In this document: positions 11,659 through 24,290 of the stretch, piece by piece
Numbering within the stretch: the stretch's first letter is position 1
Layout: the number at the start of each line of letters is the position of its first letter
Source of the DNA: Takakia lepidozioides
Lineage: Eukaryota > Plantae > Bryophyta
Length of the DNA stretch: 64,000 bases
NCBI GenBank assembly: GCA_030704615.1
Contig: CM060731.1
Location: 60,016,001-60,080,000, forward strand
Direction of reading: 5' to 3'
Position numbers and translations under genes: made by a program
The notes under the pieces: model-generated
Seen by the model: the letters and a program-made list of their open reading frames with translations, nothing else
Database searches by the model: none
Told to the model about the DNA's origin: nothing

Positions 11659-13738
11659 TTTAGGGCATGGAAGATCGTAACACCCTGCCACGAACTTGCC
11701 CACTCGTTCTTGTTGTCTCGTTCTTGCGGCTCTTTGTTGTCCAATGTTGCGGAGGTGACTTTGCACACATGCGGCTGTTGTTCTTATTTATGGCAATTTT
11801 AATGACGATGAAGGGTGTGCCTGAACGTGAGAGGGCTGGCGGGGCTCTACAGCCACCATCGTGCATATGCTTCCACTATTTTTGCCTTATTTTTGTGCTG
11901 ACGTGCTTATTTTTTAGGACGATATGGGGAAAAATTGCATGCGTTTACGGTTTGTGGTGTGTCTCCGAGTCTGAGCTCCTTCGTATGGAGCAGGAAACCA
12001 TTGGTAACACGATAGCGGAAACCGCGGAAGCATATGCACGTGGGGGCGTGTATACATTGCAGAATTTATGTCTACCGATGAGACTGTTCAGGGGAGGACG
12101 TCTCTGCCACCACATGTCTGGGAACTGCGGAGAGTGTGAACGGAACAGGATCCAGTCCAAAGGTCCTCAAACATCCAGATGCACCTCCTGAAACATCACA
12201 TCTCAACCACTACCGTCTCCTTAAAAACTGGACAATGGGAAAGAGACGTAGCTTGAGAGATGTGGATTCATGTTGCTTGTGAATGTTCAAGGTCCTTACG
12301 ACTGCAAATGCGCGTGGATCAACAAGCTCTTCGACTGCGTCTTTGTCAATACTTTCTCTAAGCAGTGTGTTGTGCCATGAGTATGGGCATATGCAAGTCT
12401 GCTGGATGGATGAAATGCAACCACGACATGACGGCGACGCCAAGCGTGGTTCTGATGGGATATCAGTCTGGTCTGTTGGACTGTTGGTCTGTAAGGATAC
12501 AAGTCTGGTGTAGCGTGAGTCTGTTCTTCACTGGACTACTGGGCCGTCACTGCCTGCAGAATTCCGAAGTGTCTTTTTTCGTCTTATCCCCGAAGTGTCT
12601 TCTCTCGTCAGTCTGTTGAACCGTTGGTCAGCTGGAAGTCCGTCTCTTTGGATATGAGTCCGTTTAACTACTACATTTTAATTATCCGCATTGCCGTGAG
12701 TCTGCTGAGCCGTCGGACTGTTGGTCTGTCCGTCTCTTCTGATATCAATCAGCTGGATTGTCACAAAGTCAGTCTACTGTGGCGCAAGTCTATTTGCGCT
12801 GGGTCTGTTGAGCCGTGATTATTATCACGTGTAAGTCTGCTGGACGCGGTTTACGGTTTACTTCCGTATCACCCGGCCATCTAGGGGATACTTTGTCTTT
12901 TGGGATATTAGTCTGTTAGAAATCAGTCTGTTGTCGCGCAAATTACTCTGCGCCAGTCTCTTCGTCAGTCTGTTGAACCTTCCGTCTGCTGGACTGTCCG
13001 TGCAGTGGCATACGAGTCTGTTGTTGCACAAGTTTGTTTGCAGTGGGTCTGTTCGGCCGTTATGTCATTAGGTTTAAGTCTGCTGGACGCAATTAATGCA
13101 GCGACGGCGGTAAGGAGGCCCAGTCACGTCGTGGCACGTCATCAGACTCCGCACTCGCCTTAGTCTCTTCGTCAGTCCGCTTAACCTCAGTCGTCAGTCT
13201 GTCCTTGCGGTGGCATATGAGTCTGTTGTGGAGGGTACAGGGTCTGCTCGGCCGTCTTTGTCATCAGGAGTAAGTCTGCTGGACTTGATGAATGCGACGA
13301 CGGCAGACTGACGATAGTCCCACTCATCCCGTCTGCTGGACTGTCCGTGCAGTGGCATACCGCCAGCACGTTTGAGGGGTCTGCAACTATTTAATGCGAT
13401 GGCGGCCAAAAAGGGGCGCCAGTGAAATCTCGCCACGTCACTCCGCACATGCAAGGTCCACTTCCCGTTGGACTTCTTTCGCATTGTTTTGTTTAGGGCC
13501 CGTCCACCTCCCATTGGTGCGAGCCCGCTCTCCTTTGTGCGTGTTAGGTTTTCGAGGCGCGGACAGTCGCGTGAGCACCAAATCGTCGCAACAACCGTCG
13601 CCTGTTGCCCGGTGAGCTTTCCTCTTTGTGCTTTGTGCTTTGGTTTCTTTCCATTCTCTTCTCCACTCTTCTCTGCTTTCTTATTCTTAGTCTGTCTGTC
13701 GCTCATTGCCGCTACATCTCTTGTCTGATTCTGTAGCC

Positions 13739-14534
13739 ATGGAGGATGCTTGTGCAAAGGGTGGAGCAGACTGGTTGCATTTCATGCACAAGTCTAGGCT
13801 AAAGGAGCGAAGGTACTGGTACTCACTTGAGGAGTATGATGCGAAAATAGTCGAAGCATTCTTAGACCTCCGCGCAATCAAGCCTGTAGACTCCAACTGG
13901 CAGAAGGATAAGCTCCACTGTCCCTTCTGTAGTGAAATTATCAAGGACAAAGTGCAGCTAAACCGCCATTGTGTTGACACGGGTTGCAAAAACAAGCGCT
14001 ATATCCAACCTGGCTTCAAGCCGTGGCCAGTTCAAAGTTCAATGAGGGTGGTGAATGCGGCCACCGCCAGACTCCGTGGCGCAAACCCAAAGGCCCGCAC
14101 TTTGGCGGAGGTGCACGCATGGTATGGGGTGGGTTCGGATGTTTCAATGCAAGATGTGCATGACCTGACATTGCCATCGCCTGTGACTCCCAGAAAAAGG
14201 AAACTTAGTGATAGGGCCCAGAAGAAGGAAAGAGAAAAGGCTGCAAGGTCTGCTTGGGAGGCGAGGGCGAAATCTCAACAACAAACTCGTCCCCAAGGCA
14301 GTCGGGAAGTGTCACGGGCTGTACCAGGCAGACGGTCTACGCAGCAAACGCAGACCATCAGTACTTCGAGTGAGAGCCAGTCTGCTGAGCCGTCTGCAGA
14401 CATCATTCGAAATGATGAATTCGCAGGTCTGGGAGGTGTTTCATCTCCCATCGACATTGTCTTGCCTGACCAGTCGAGGGTTCACATGGACAAAGCCCAG
14501 TCGAAAGAGACTACCAGTGGAGTCTGTCCTGGCA
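13739..14534 (+). CDS. Element-B accessory ORF with N-terminal C2HC zinc-finger-like domain and basic/low-complexity tail; probably cut by the nested element
   Basis: Open frame (track 13706-14581, ATG at 13739) containing CPFC-x12-H-x5-C and NLS-like PRKRK. Composition changes abruptly at ~14535. Confidence 0.65.
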
Positions 14535-15525
14535 CATTGCGCCTCATACCATTTGGGCTTCTCCCAAAACGGTTTTTTTAACGGCTCTTCTCACACATTT
14601 TGGTGTGAAAAGAGCCCGAGTTCACCCCCCCCCCCCCCCGGGTGTTAGGTTAACCCAGTCCTTTGCACCACATGTGAACTTTCTTGGTCCTGTGAAAAAA
14701 ACCATCTCACGCCAAACTTGCACCTGATGTGGCAGTAGGTTTAGGTGGCTCTTTTGACGGATATTTTGACGGCCGTTTTGATTGGTCAGTTCAACTAGTA
14801 TTTTGACTAAGTAATCTTAATGGTCTTTCTAAGGTACTTATTACACCTCGTTGCCACCATGTCTGCCACATGTATGTCAAAGGGAATGCCACGTAATAGA
14901 GTCCATCAAAATTATTAAATAAATAATAGATATTAAGGGCTCTTCTTACGACTTCTCTCACACAGATTTAACACCAGGTTCAAATCGTGGTGTGAACACA
15001 ATGACACTAGTGTGAATACTGTCACATCCACTGTTTTGTTCCTATTGGACGAAAAGTAAACAATTATTATTTATTGACAAATGCTAAAATAAATAGTCAT
15101 ATTATTATTATTGTTGTTGTTGTTGTTGTATATATATTCTTATAATAAATGGGATAGAACCCCAAAAACCATTGGCTGCTTGATTTAATATTTAATATGT
15201 TATTATTTTAGAATTTTTATTTGTTTTGTTTCATTTAAACAAAAGCTTATTTAAAACAGGGGATAATATTTGTATTATTAACCACATTCACCAGTAGTAA
15301 TGTTATTAATATTAAATATAGCAAACAACCAGCAAAATACCACATTCATGTCTATCACAAGGAAAATTTGGCTAGACGTGGGAAAATGAACTTGCCCTTG
15401 AACAAAGGGATCTTGTGATCATACATGAGAATAGCAAGAGCATCAATTCAAAAAATACGGTTCACATGAGAAGAGCTGTTTTGTTCACCTGTCTCAGCAA
15501 ACCCCAATCCATAAAGAAAACTAAA

Positions 15526-15810
15526 CTAAACTTGTAGCACCTTCAATATCACGTGTTTAAGAAACTTTTCAGACCATAAGGTGGAACTTCCTTGCGTGTC
15601 ACCCAATGTGGTATGATTAGGGGTAACAGAGTAGTCCGGGTACGGCAACACAACCTCTGAAATCATGACCAATTTCACATAGATACAGTAATAATTGTCC
15701 CACATATTTGCTTTCGGAAAGCCAGCAATATATCCCACACCTGCCCTTCTTTTTGGTGCACAAAGATCAAACAATAACACCTTGTCGCCGATCTGAAACT
15801 GCAACAAAAA
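15526..15810 (-). pseudogene. CACTA ORF2 (TnpA-like) C-terminal domain remnant
   Basis: VKLVMISEVVLPYPD...TTLGDTQGSSTLW matches the V.V....LP.P...TLGDA.G...LW pattern of CACTA second-ORF C-termini. Further minus-strand ORF pieces extend to ~18940. Confidence 0.55.
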
Positions 15811-18129
15811 CCAGATTCCCATATCAAACGAACCCTGGAGAACAAAGACTGACAGCTTGGCACTCCTGCAAAATGGCATTGAAGTTCTTCCAGCAAACAC
15901 CCCAACCCTACCTATTGCAGTACTTCCAATTCTGAATTGCATTTGCTTGTCTCTATACTCTAAGATGACATGATCAAAGCTGGAATGGTGCCATACCTAG
16001 TTGATAGCAGGTTATGCATTGTCAGCATGGATGTGGTAGGACGATGTCACAAAACTACCTTTGTAGGTTGCTGGGCCTGCAGCTATATGGCGATACATAG
16101 GGGGTGTATTGATCCAACACTGTGCGATAGATCCAACACTGTGCGGATTTTGTTGGTCACCCTGTGGGTCAGTCAGATCCACTGTGGTTGTAGTCTGATT
16201 GATAGCACATATTGTACTCTCCCTGCCCATTGAACGCTTCACTGGTTTCACCATCTATATATTGAATGACACAATGATCAAAAAATTAGAATAACACAAA
16301 TGACACACAATGTGAAGCAGCATTAACAATAAAAATCCACCCACGCGCACAAGCATTGAAACTTTTGCTCTCACCTTTCTTTGATTATGCTTTGTTGTTG
16401 CATCGGGAGGCAAAGTCGTTGGAACTCTGGCAGCAGGAAGCCCTGGTTCGGATGCCTTTGCAGATTGTTGTGATCCACTACCCATGGCTGCGCTCTTGAA
16501 CAAGTAGTTGGGCTGCCCATATCTGTATGGGTGCCCTGACACATACTCAGGGATGTGAGCAGCCTTGGATACACCCTCTAACCAAGGCAGTACTTCTTTC
16601 ATAAGCCTCTTGCAGTTTGGCTAATCCCTCGACTTCCATGGATACGGGAAGATGCAATTATTTGTTAGGACTTAGCCTGTTTGACAGGGTGATCCTGCTT
16701 CCAAGACGTCGGGAGCTTAAGGGATGCCAAACTCACCCTAAACAACCATATTGGCTGTTTTGGACATGCTGACATGCACTCCGTAAGCACCCCACTTGAA
16801 TGGATTCTAGAGACTTTGCAATAGAGACTGAGAGATAGATGTACTCGTGAGACCAACTTAGTACCCACTGTAGTCGGTGTAGAAATGAAGTGGTACTTCA
16901 GCTTTAACGTCCGCAGAAAGCTGAAAGAGCTCATGGGGCAAGAGAAAAGAACAAGAAAGTGAGATGGGCCCTCCACGAGTAGCCCAAAAGCAACTATTGT
17001 TCAAGGGTTTGTCTAAGAGCCATGTTGAGATGACAAGGTGAGTTCCATACACATCATAAGGGAATTTACCTTGTATATTAAGCTGCCTAGCATTTCTGAT
17101 CCTCGTAATGGAAGACCTCCGTGACAGATTAGGCATCACAAAATAGACAAGTGAATCTCCCACAGATCTCATAGTAGAAAGGGCAGTGAAAAAAGAAAGG
17201 CTCATCACTTTCAATTTCCCTGTTGTTCCAGCGCAAGCAGGCATAGGTTGTCCTAACGTTGCAGTTGTCCCACCTGCCAATCTCTTTCCGCAGACTCTGG
17301 GAGCCCACCAAGGTTGGGATGGGCCCAAAACTGCCATAGGGGGTCACGGACAGGTTATGACAATCCAACTACAAGGAATTGATTTATGGGCTGCATTACC
17401 AGTATACTAGAAAGCATGAGGTTGATTTCAGCACTGCTCTGGTGTTTGAACTCGTCGCACATGTGGCTGTAGTGGCCCTGCCAGTAAAACACCAGGCAGA
17501 AATGGCGAAACAACTCTCTCTCTATATCTCTCTGTCACTATCTCTGGACAAATAGCTATGGGCAAACATCTTAAATGAGTACATTCTAAGACCATTATAA
17601 ACTGTCTTCGAAAAAGTTAAACCAAAAGGAGATGATCTTACATCCACAGGAAGAGAGGGGGAGAGAAAATATGTAAAGAAAAAGAAGCAACTGATTACGT
17701 CTCAAGGAGGCCCAGAGGAAGTAGAACCAACAAAAACACACAACTTGTTCAAAGTTGCTTTGATACGGGAGTGCATCATGCCGACACGCTGTTAACCACT
17801 TCAGGAGCTCGTAGCATCCATATGAAAGAAATTTATTATGTACTCAAAAGAGTAATATGCTTTGGCAGTGCACAGATCTAGCAATGACCTTTCTCCTGGG
17901 TTGCATGTTGATTTCAGTATGGAACTATCACAGCTCCTACACAAGACCATCTCCTCATTCTGAGCTTGATCTTTACTTCAGTTACGTCAAGTACAAAAGT
18001 GACATCAGGAGGCAAGTAGAGAGTGACAGTCAAGAGAATAAAACTGGGTCACATAATGGATCACACATGATACAAAATGATAGACCTAAGGAGAAAGAAA
18101 ATGTATGAGATATTCAAGATGACCACTGG

Positions 18130-18292
18130 GGCTGGTTCCAGGGAAGAGGAGTCGTCCTGGCACAGAGTTTGGCAGATGTGAAACGGGCCATTGAGGGGTA
18201 TCCTTGTTCGAATTTGCTGGCACAAAAGTACCTGACAAAGTCAATGCTGATAAATGGTTACAAGTTTGACCTGCGCATTTATGTACTTATTC
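18130..18292 (+). pseudogene. Captured fragment of a tubulin-tyrosine-ligase-like (TTLL) gene
   Basis: QGRGVVL...LAQKYLTKSMLINGYKFDLRIYVLI matches the TTL-family signature QGxG..QxYIxxPxLIxGxKFDLRxYVL. Confidence 0.85.
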
Positions 18293-18947
18293 CATGGAGA
18301 CAGAACTTTGGTGCAAATTGCAAACCTGCTGATGGGTTGGGGTGTTTGCAGGGTGCTTTGCGCGCTTTGTCTTTGCTGGGGATTCTTTTGTCGTTTCCAT
18401 CTCTGACTCTGAGCTGGTCTCATTCAAGTCTTCATGTGCGGCATAATCTTGGTCTCGCTGCAGTTCTTGCTCTCGTGCCTCCTCTGCGTCTGACTCCGCT
18501 TGAACTTGCACTCCCTCCTCTTGCTCAACCCCTTTCTCCTGTTGTGACATTGCAGAGTGCAGGAGTTGAACTCTGTGACTTCGGCTAGGATGACCTGTGT
18601 GTTTGAGGATTTCCTCAACGAGGCGTTTAGGGCGACTCAAGCTCTCTTCGAAGCTGCAAAGAAGAAGAAAGACAAAGTCAGTAGCTGCAAAACCCTAACA
18701 TATCCTCTCTGTAGGTTTGGAGCTTTTAATGCGGTCTCATGGCTGGGGCTAGGTAGGGGATATGAAAAAAACGGAAGTTCGTACCTCTTTGCAATGTCGT
18801 AGATCTTGAGCCACGCGAAGAATACCTTGTTCTCCGCTTGACGCTTTGCTCGTTCTACCTCCCTCGCTGTACGCTTGCGCCCTGGTGTAACTTCTGGACA
18901 CTCTATTTGGGTCTCCATTTTCTGACAAGTCTCGCTCACTCACCAAG

Positions 18948-19500
18948 ATGATCCCTCCTACTGCCCGTCGATTGCAAAGGCGGACACAAGCAGAACATGA
19001 CGATGACAGACTGTGGAAACTAGAAGAAGCGCGAGCAAGAAGACTGGGTCTTCAGAAAATTCTATGTCCATGCAATGCCTGTCATGGTGGGAATCGGCAA
19101 ACCATTGGCCGGGCTAAGCGTCATCTGCTTCTGAACTTGCGAGATCCTAACTTACGAGAACTCCCGGTGCATCTCTCTGGATTCTCTTCCCTTTGCAGAT
19201 GCATACTTTGAAATTACAAGAAACAGTTCAAATTCCTAGTCAGGTGGAGCAAGTTTTTTTCTCGGATGAAAAATGTTCATGAGGGAACTGGAAGGTGGTC
19301 CTTCACAAGGACCCTCGATCCCGACAAGTGGTTCACGATATTACAGAAGTGGGACTGGGTGAGGGAGACACTTATGTAGGCATGGTGCTTCCTGAAATTC
19401 CTCATAACATCATGACTGAGCCTGCTGTTTGTGTTCCTTTGAGTGAGGCAGATGAATTGGCCATTGCCAACTTGAACGCACCTGCAAGGCAGAGGCGAAA
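18948..19500 (+). pseudogene. CACTA transposase (TnpD) remnant: N-terminal Cys domain joined to C-terminal domain, catalytic core deleted
   Basis: ILCPCNACHGGNRQ...KRHLLLN (transposase-associated domain) followed within ~100 bp by PSQVEQVFFSDE..NWKVVLHKDPRS (DUF4216-like). Confidence 0.75.
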
Positions 19501-19709
19501 TGGTAGAAGGCGGAGGCAAGCTCCACATGGGAGGTACCAGGCCAGTTGTGTTATGGTCTAGAGTTGGTTTCTGCTATTGCATGTATTTTTCCAGGGTTTA
19601 GACTTGATAAAGCATGATACCTTGCATGGGTGGGAGTGACTGAGCTGTTGGGGTGGGCAGAATTCTGACAAACACACTTTCATTTGTGACAGTGAACCCT
19701 AAACAGTCA

Positions 19710-20370
19710 TGAAGTTGTGGCATGAATACTTTTCTGACCCTAGTCAATGGTGGCCCAATTGTGGCAAAAAGGTGAATGCCTGTTGGATTACAAAGAGTAG
19801 CAGATGCAATTGAGCATAGGAACTAGAGTGAGAAGTTGAGTTGGGTGTTTCCTGGAACAAATGTAGGCTGTTATTATCAGCTGCTACCAGCAAGGCAAGG
19901 ATGTATGCATAATTTGTGCAGAGGCATGGATAGCTGAAGGAGCAGAGATAGAGTGTGAGTCCAGATTCATCCAAGAGAGCCACATTTCTAGCACAACATT
20001 GCCTATGATTCCTTGTGGAAGGATAGCTACAAGAAACCTGCATGGGTAGATGGTCAACTGGAAGCCGCAGCAGCAGCGGCACAATTGGTAAAATCAGGCG
20101 ATGAGGGCACCTTCTTCAACACATTTCACCCTGTTTTTCCCTCTTATCAAAATCGGCCCTAAATTTCCATGTTGAATTCTGCGAGTTAGCTGGTTGAGTG
20201 AATCTTGATAGATTGGAGTGACTTTGACATGATACTGCCAATGTGACAACAGGAAAGTATCCAAAAACAGGTACAAGAGATGAGGAGAAGGTGTGGAATG
20301 AATACTTTTCTGATCCCAGTCAATGGTGGGACAACCGAGGCAAAAAGGTGAATGCCTGTCAGATTACCAG
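19710..20370 (+). pseudogene. Two captured fragments of an organellar ssDNA-binding (OSB-family) PDF domain
   Basis: KLWHEYFSDPSQWWPNCGKKVN (~19710-19780) and EEKVWNEYFSDPSQWWDNRGKKVN (~20280-20355) match the W..FF.NP..WWDNR..K.N motif. Confidence 0.75.
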
Positions 20371-20384
20371 ATGTCATTCTGAAC

Positions 20385-21270
20385 ACAGCAGGGGCGTGGG
20401 ATGGAGGCTTTGGAGACCTATGAGCAAATGATGGGGGAAGGGTGAAGCCCGACCACATAACGTTTGTATGTGTTTGCAGAGCATGAAGGTCAAGCCTGGC
20501 AGCTCTGGAAAAGGGAAGATCAGGTCCATGGTTTCATTGTCAAAGCTGGAATTGTACCTGATGTGATTATGGACAATGCCCTCATGGACATGTATGCCAA
20601 ATGTGGGAGCATCAAGGGCAAGCCTGGCAGCTCTGGGAAAGGGAAGATCAGGTCCATGGTTTCATTGTCAAAGCTGGAATTGTACCTGATGTGATTCTGG
20701 ACAATGCCCTCATGGACATGTATGCCAAATGTGGGAGCATCAAGGGCAAGCCTGGGAAAGGGAAGATCAGGTCCATGGTTTCATTGTCAAAGCTGGAATT
20801 GTACCCGATGTGATTCTAGACAATGGCCTCGTGGGCATGTATGCCAAATTTGGGAGCATCAAGGGCAAGCCTGGCAGCTCTAGAAAAGGGAAGATCAGGT
20901 CCATGGTTTCATTGTCAAAGCTGGAATTGTACCTGATGTGATTCTGGACAATGCCCTCCTGGACATGTATGCCAAATGTGGGAGCATCAAGGGCAAGCCT
21001 AGCAGCTCTGGAAAAGGGAAGATCAGGTCCATGGTTTCTTTGTCAAAGCTGGAATTGTACCCGATGTGATTCTGGACAATGGCCTCATGGACATGTATGC
21101 CAAATGTGGGAGCATCAAGGGCAAGCCTGGCAGCTCTGGAAAAATGGAAGAGGTCTATGGCTTCATTGTCAAAGCTGGAATTGTACCTGATGTGATTCTG
21201 GACAATGCCCTCGTGGACATGTTTGCCAAATGTGGGAGCATCAAGGATGCGAAGGCAGTTTTCCAACACT
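20385..21270 (+). repeat. Captured PLS-PPR fragment amplified as six ~120-128-bp tandem units
   Basis: Units start near 20491, 20619, 20747, 20867, 20994 and 21122, each encoding [40 protein letters not shown]. Preceded by a [23 protein letters not shown] motif. Confidence 0.92.
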
Positions 21271-22156
21271 ATGGCTCTTGGAGTGATTTTGACATGTACC
21301 AGCGAAGGGGAGAAAGTGGGGCCCTCAATAGACGAGTTGAAAAGCACTAGTTAAAAAGCACTGGCGTTTGATAGGGTGGGGCAAAATTCAGGCTGGGGTG
21401 ATCATTGATATCCCGGACGCAGTGTAAAAAAGACGGTTGTGAGTGAAGTACACCCGTAAAAAAAAAACCCTGCTGTCGCAAAAATGGAGCCAGTCACAAA
21501 GAGCAAGGCACTTTGTCCAAGCTTCTCGACATCTAGCAACAATGTGGACAGGGAGGGAGTCATTGGGAACAATTTTTGTAAGGTGGCGAAGAAAACCTTG
21601 TCTGAGGATCACTGGATATTTCTCTAGTACGGTTGGACTAGTAGAGATTGAAATCCGTGCTCAGCTCAGCTTCAGACTGTCTCATTGTGAGGGGTCACGG
21701 TTGACTGGACAGAAATGGGATTGACATTGCCGGGCTCACAAATATCTGAGACGACATGTGGTAGTTTTATCTATAGCTTCTCAAAGCAATTGTTGTACAT
21801 TGTTGATTATAGTGTGACATTCTCATAACGATATTGTCGTCAGCTGCATGACCAGTGCATCTTTTTGGATTGCTGGTTCCCGGAGGGATTATATGTGACG
21901 GGATAGAGGGCAAGTTATAGCCAATAGTTGCAGGTAGTGTTCAATATTGAAGAGAATTCTATGCCCTTTCGGTTCTGTCGATCTCCTTCTCATTTTACTT
22001 GAGGTTGTCTATTTTGAGAGCTTTGATGTTTGGATGCAAATTCATTTTGGCATCAACTTAAAGGGATGGCCTGCACTGGTGGGCATTCAGATTCTAAACA
22101 AGTTGGCAAAGAAAAACTACAAGTCCCACGGCCCTCTACATGCAGACTCTATAACC

Positions 22157-23629
22157 CTAATAACCTTTTTGAACACTCTTCTTACCCGCATCCGAATCTG
22201 AATGAAACAAATACTTCCTCAAACTTTGCAGGTCCTTTACCAATTTACTGTATGAATGGAAATTGCCGAACTGCATCCATCGATGGTGAAGGAAAGAATT
22301 AGCAATGCGATCAAAGTACTCTTCAGTAATTCCAAGCAAGTGCTTTCCCCGCACCCCAAAGGTGGGATGTGCCATGGGCATATGTCTGAGTTCCTGAGGC
22401 CGTGGGTCATCCATGAGGATTAATTGGACAAGCAGTGGCGGGGCATTTTGGACCTTCGTGGCTGCCAGGGCCACAGAATGTGCGCTTTCGAGGACTTCAT
22501 TCGCTTTTGCAATAGTAAATTCCATGGAATAATGAAAGGGAACAAAAGGCCACCGGCCGTCCGTGACAATGCGATGGAGCTCATTATACCAATCCACATT
22601 GGCATTGACTTCCCCCACCCTCAGACAGGCAAGTGTCAAGTCCACAGCTTCGGGATCAATGAGCGGCAATGGCGAGCGCCAAATTCCAAAAAGTCCCATG
22701 GTGGTCGTGACAATAAGAGTCTACTGGCTGGGAGTCCGCTGGACAGCAGTGTGGTGGATGGGCGTCTTCTGGGTGGCAGTCTGCTGGTTGGGAGTCTCCT
22801 GAATAGCAGTCTGCGGCTGGGAGTCTGCAAAGCAGTCTGTTGGATGGGAGTATGCTGGACGAGAGTCTGGTACATGGGAGTGTGCTGGACAAGACTATGC
22901 TGACTGTGAGTCTGGTGGGAAATAGTCTGATGGGCAAGAGTCTGCTGGATGCCAGATTGGGTGAGGTCTGTGTCCACCAAGTCTGCAGTGAGTATGGTGT
23001 TGACCGGGGAGTTGGCGCGGCTTTGTCTGCAGAGACCAATGCTGCTATGGCGTCTGCTAAGCCAGGGTACTTAAACAAGATGTACTCCCGCACCCGCTCC
23101 ACTTCCCGGCGCACCACATTCACTGCTAAAGGAGGGTCGAAGCTCACCGTCCGCCAAGCACACAAGGCCTCCCAAATACTGGCTCGTTCATCCTGGTATA
23201 TGATAGAAAACCCAAAAACTCAGCATCGGACTCACTAGCAGCAGACTCACCAGACTCATGAACAAACTCACAAGCATCGTGGCACAGAACAAATGAAACA
23301 ACGGACTCCAAGGACTGACGAGCAAGTCCACAAGCAGGGGACTGACCAGCAAGTCCACAAGCATGGGACTGACCAGCAAGTCCACAAGCAGACTGACGCA
23401 GCAGACCGAGCAGGTAGACTGAACCAGCAGACTCTATGACAACAGACACCAATTGTGGGGACAGATTGGGCATTACCTCGTCGTCGTCGTCGACATAGAC
23501 GTCCTCCTCATCTTCAAGGGAGCTCAACCAATTTTCCTCCGCTGCTCGGATGGTTCTGCTGAGCTGTCCGGACTGGGCAAAACTGTAGAAAAAATGGAAG
23601 AAGTCTGGATCATCCATTGGTGGGCACAC
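22157..23629 (-). CDS. Element-B accessory gene of unknown function, probably multi-exon
   Basis: Three protein-like minus-strand blocks (MDDPDFFHFFYSF..., CAWRTVSFDPPLAVNVVRREVERVREYILFKYP..., GLFGIWRSPLPLIDPE...HHRWMQF) separated by motif-rich stretches that look like introns. Confidence 0.45.
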
Positions 23630-24290
23630 CGATCACTACTAGAGAAACCGGGTTTTCCAACGCCACCCATAGTTCACACCTGGCACTTTGAATGGCTCCT
23701 CTTACACCCATGTGAGAGGAGGCAAGGTGTGATCTGGACCATTGTAGGAAAAGCCACATGGTGTTACAAATTTCACACTCGAATGACACCCATACGGTCA
23801 ATGGATGTTGACCAAGATAATTCATATGGGGCATTTGACATGAGTGTGAAATGAGTCATGGAGTATGACGTGAGTGTGAGATGTCCTACAGGAATTTGGG
23901 GCAACTATATGGCGTGGCACATTGACCATCAAGGTGGATATGACTTGGCACATTGACCATCCAGGTGGAAGATGGATGGATGAAATGACTCCCACCTCTA
24001 TTCAACATGCCCTGGACGACATAATGGTTTGTTGCGGTAATGGAGCGAGCAGTGTTCGATACTGTATGGAACAGACCGGATGTGTTCAAAGTCCTTTGGT
24101 GCGGCTCCCCATTTGAAAACCGCATGCCAGCGATTCGCCATCTATGCTTGGGATGCCAAATCCAAGATATTGGTCTCATTGGCAACCTCCTAGAAGGTAA
24201 TGCCGACTTCTTCTGGACCGTTGTGAGGTTCATGGTCTTTTCTTCCACCATCCTGTCAGACTCACTTTGTCCAACTCATCTGTTTCAGGA

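Larger units (their letters stand above)
14535..21424. mobile_element. Nested, internally deleted CACTA/EnSpm-type derivative with captured host gene fragments (boundaries approximate)
   Basis: Candidate ends CATTGCGCC... and ...GACGCAGTG (CACTG-like, imperfect, no TSD). TCACAC/GTGTGA subterminal motifs at 14560-15020; CACTA coding remnants inside. Confidence 0.55.

Noticed and set aside
14532-21427. 3-bp TSD for the nested CACTA element
   Set aside because: Flanks GCA and TAA do not match; boundaries left as approximate.
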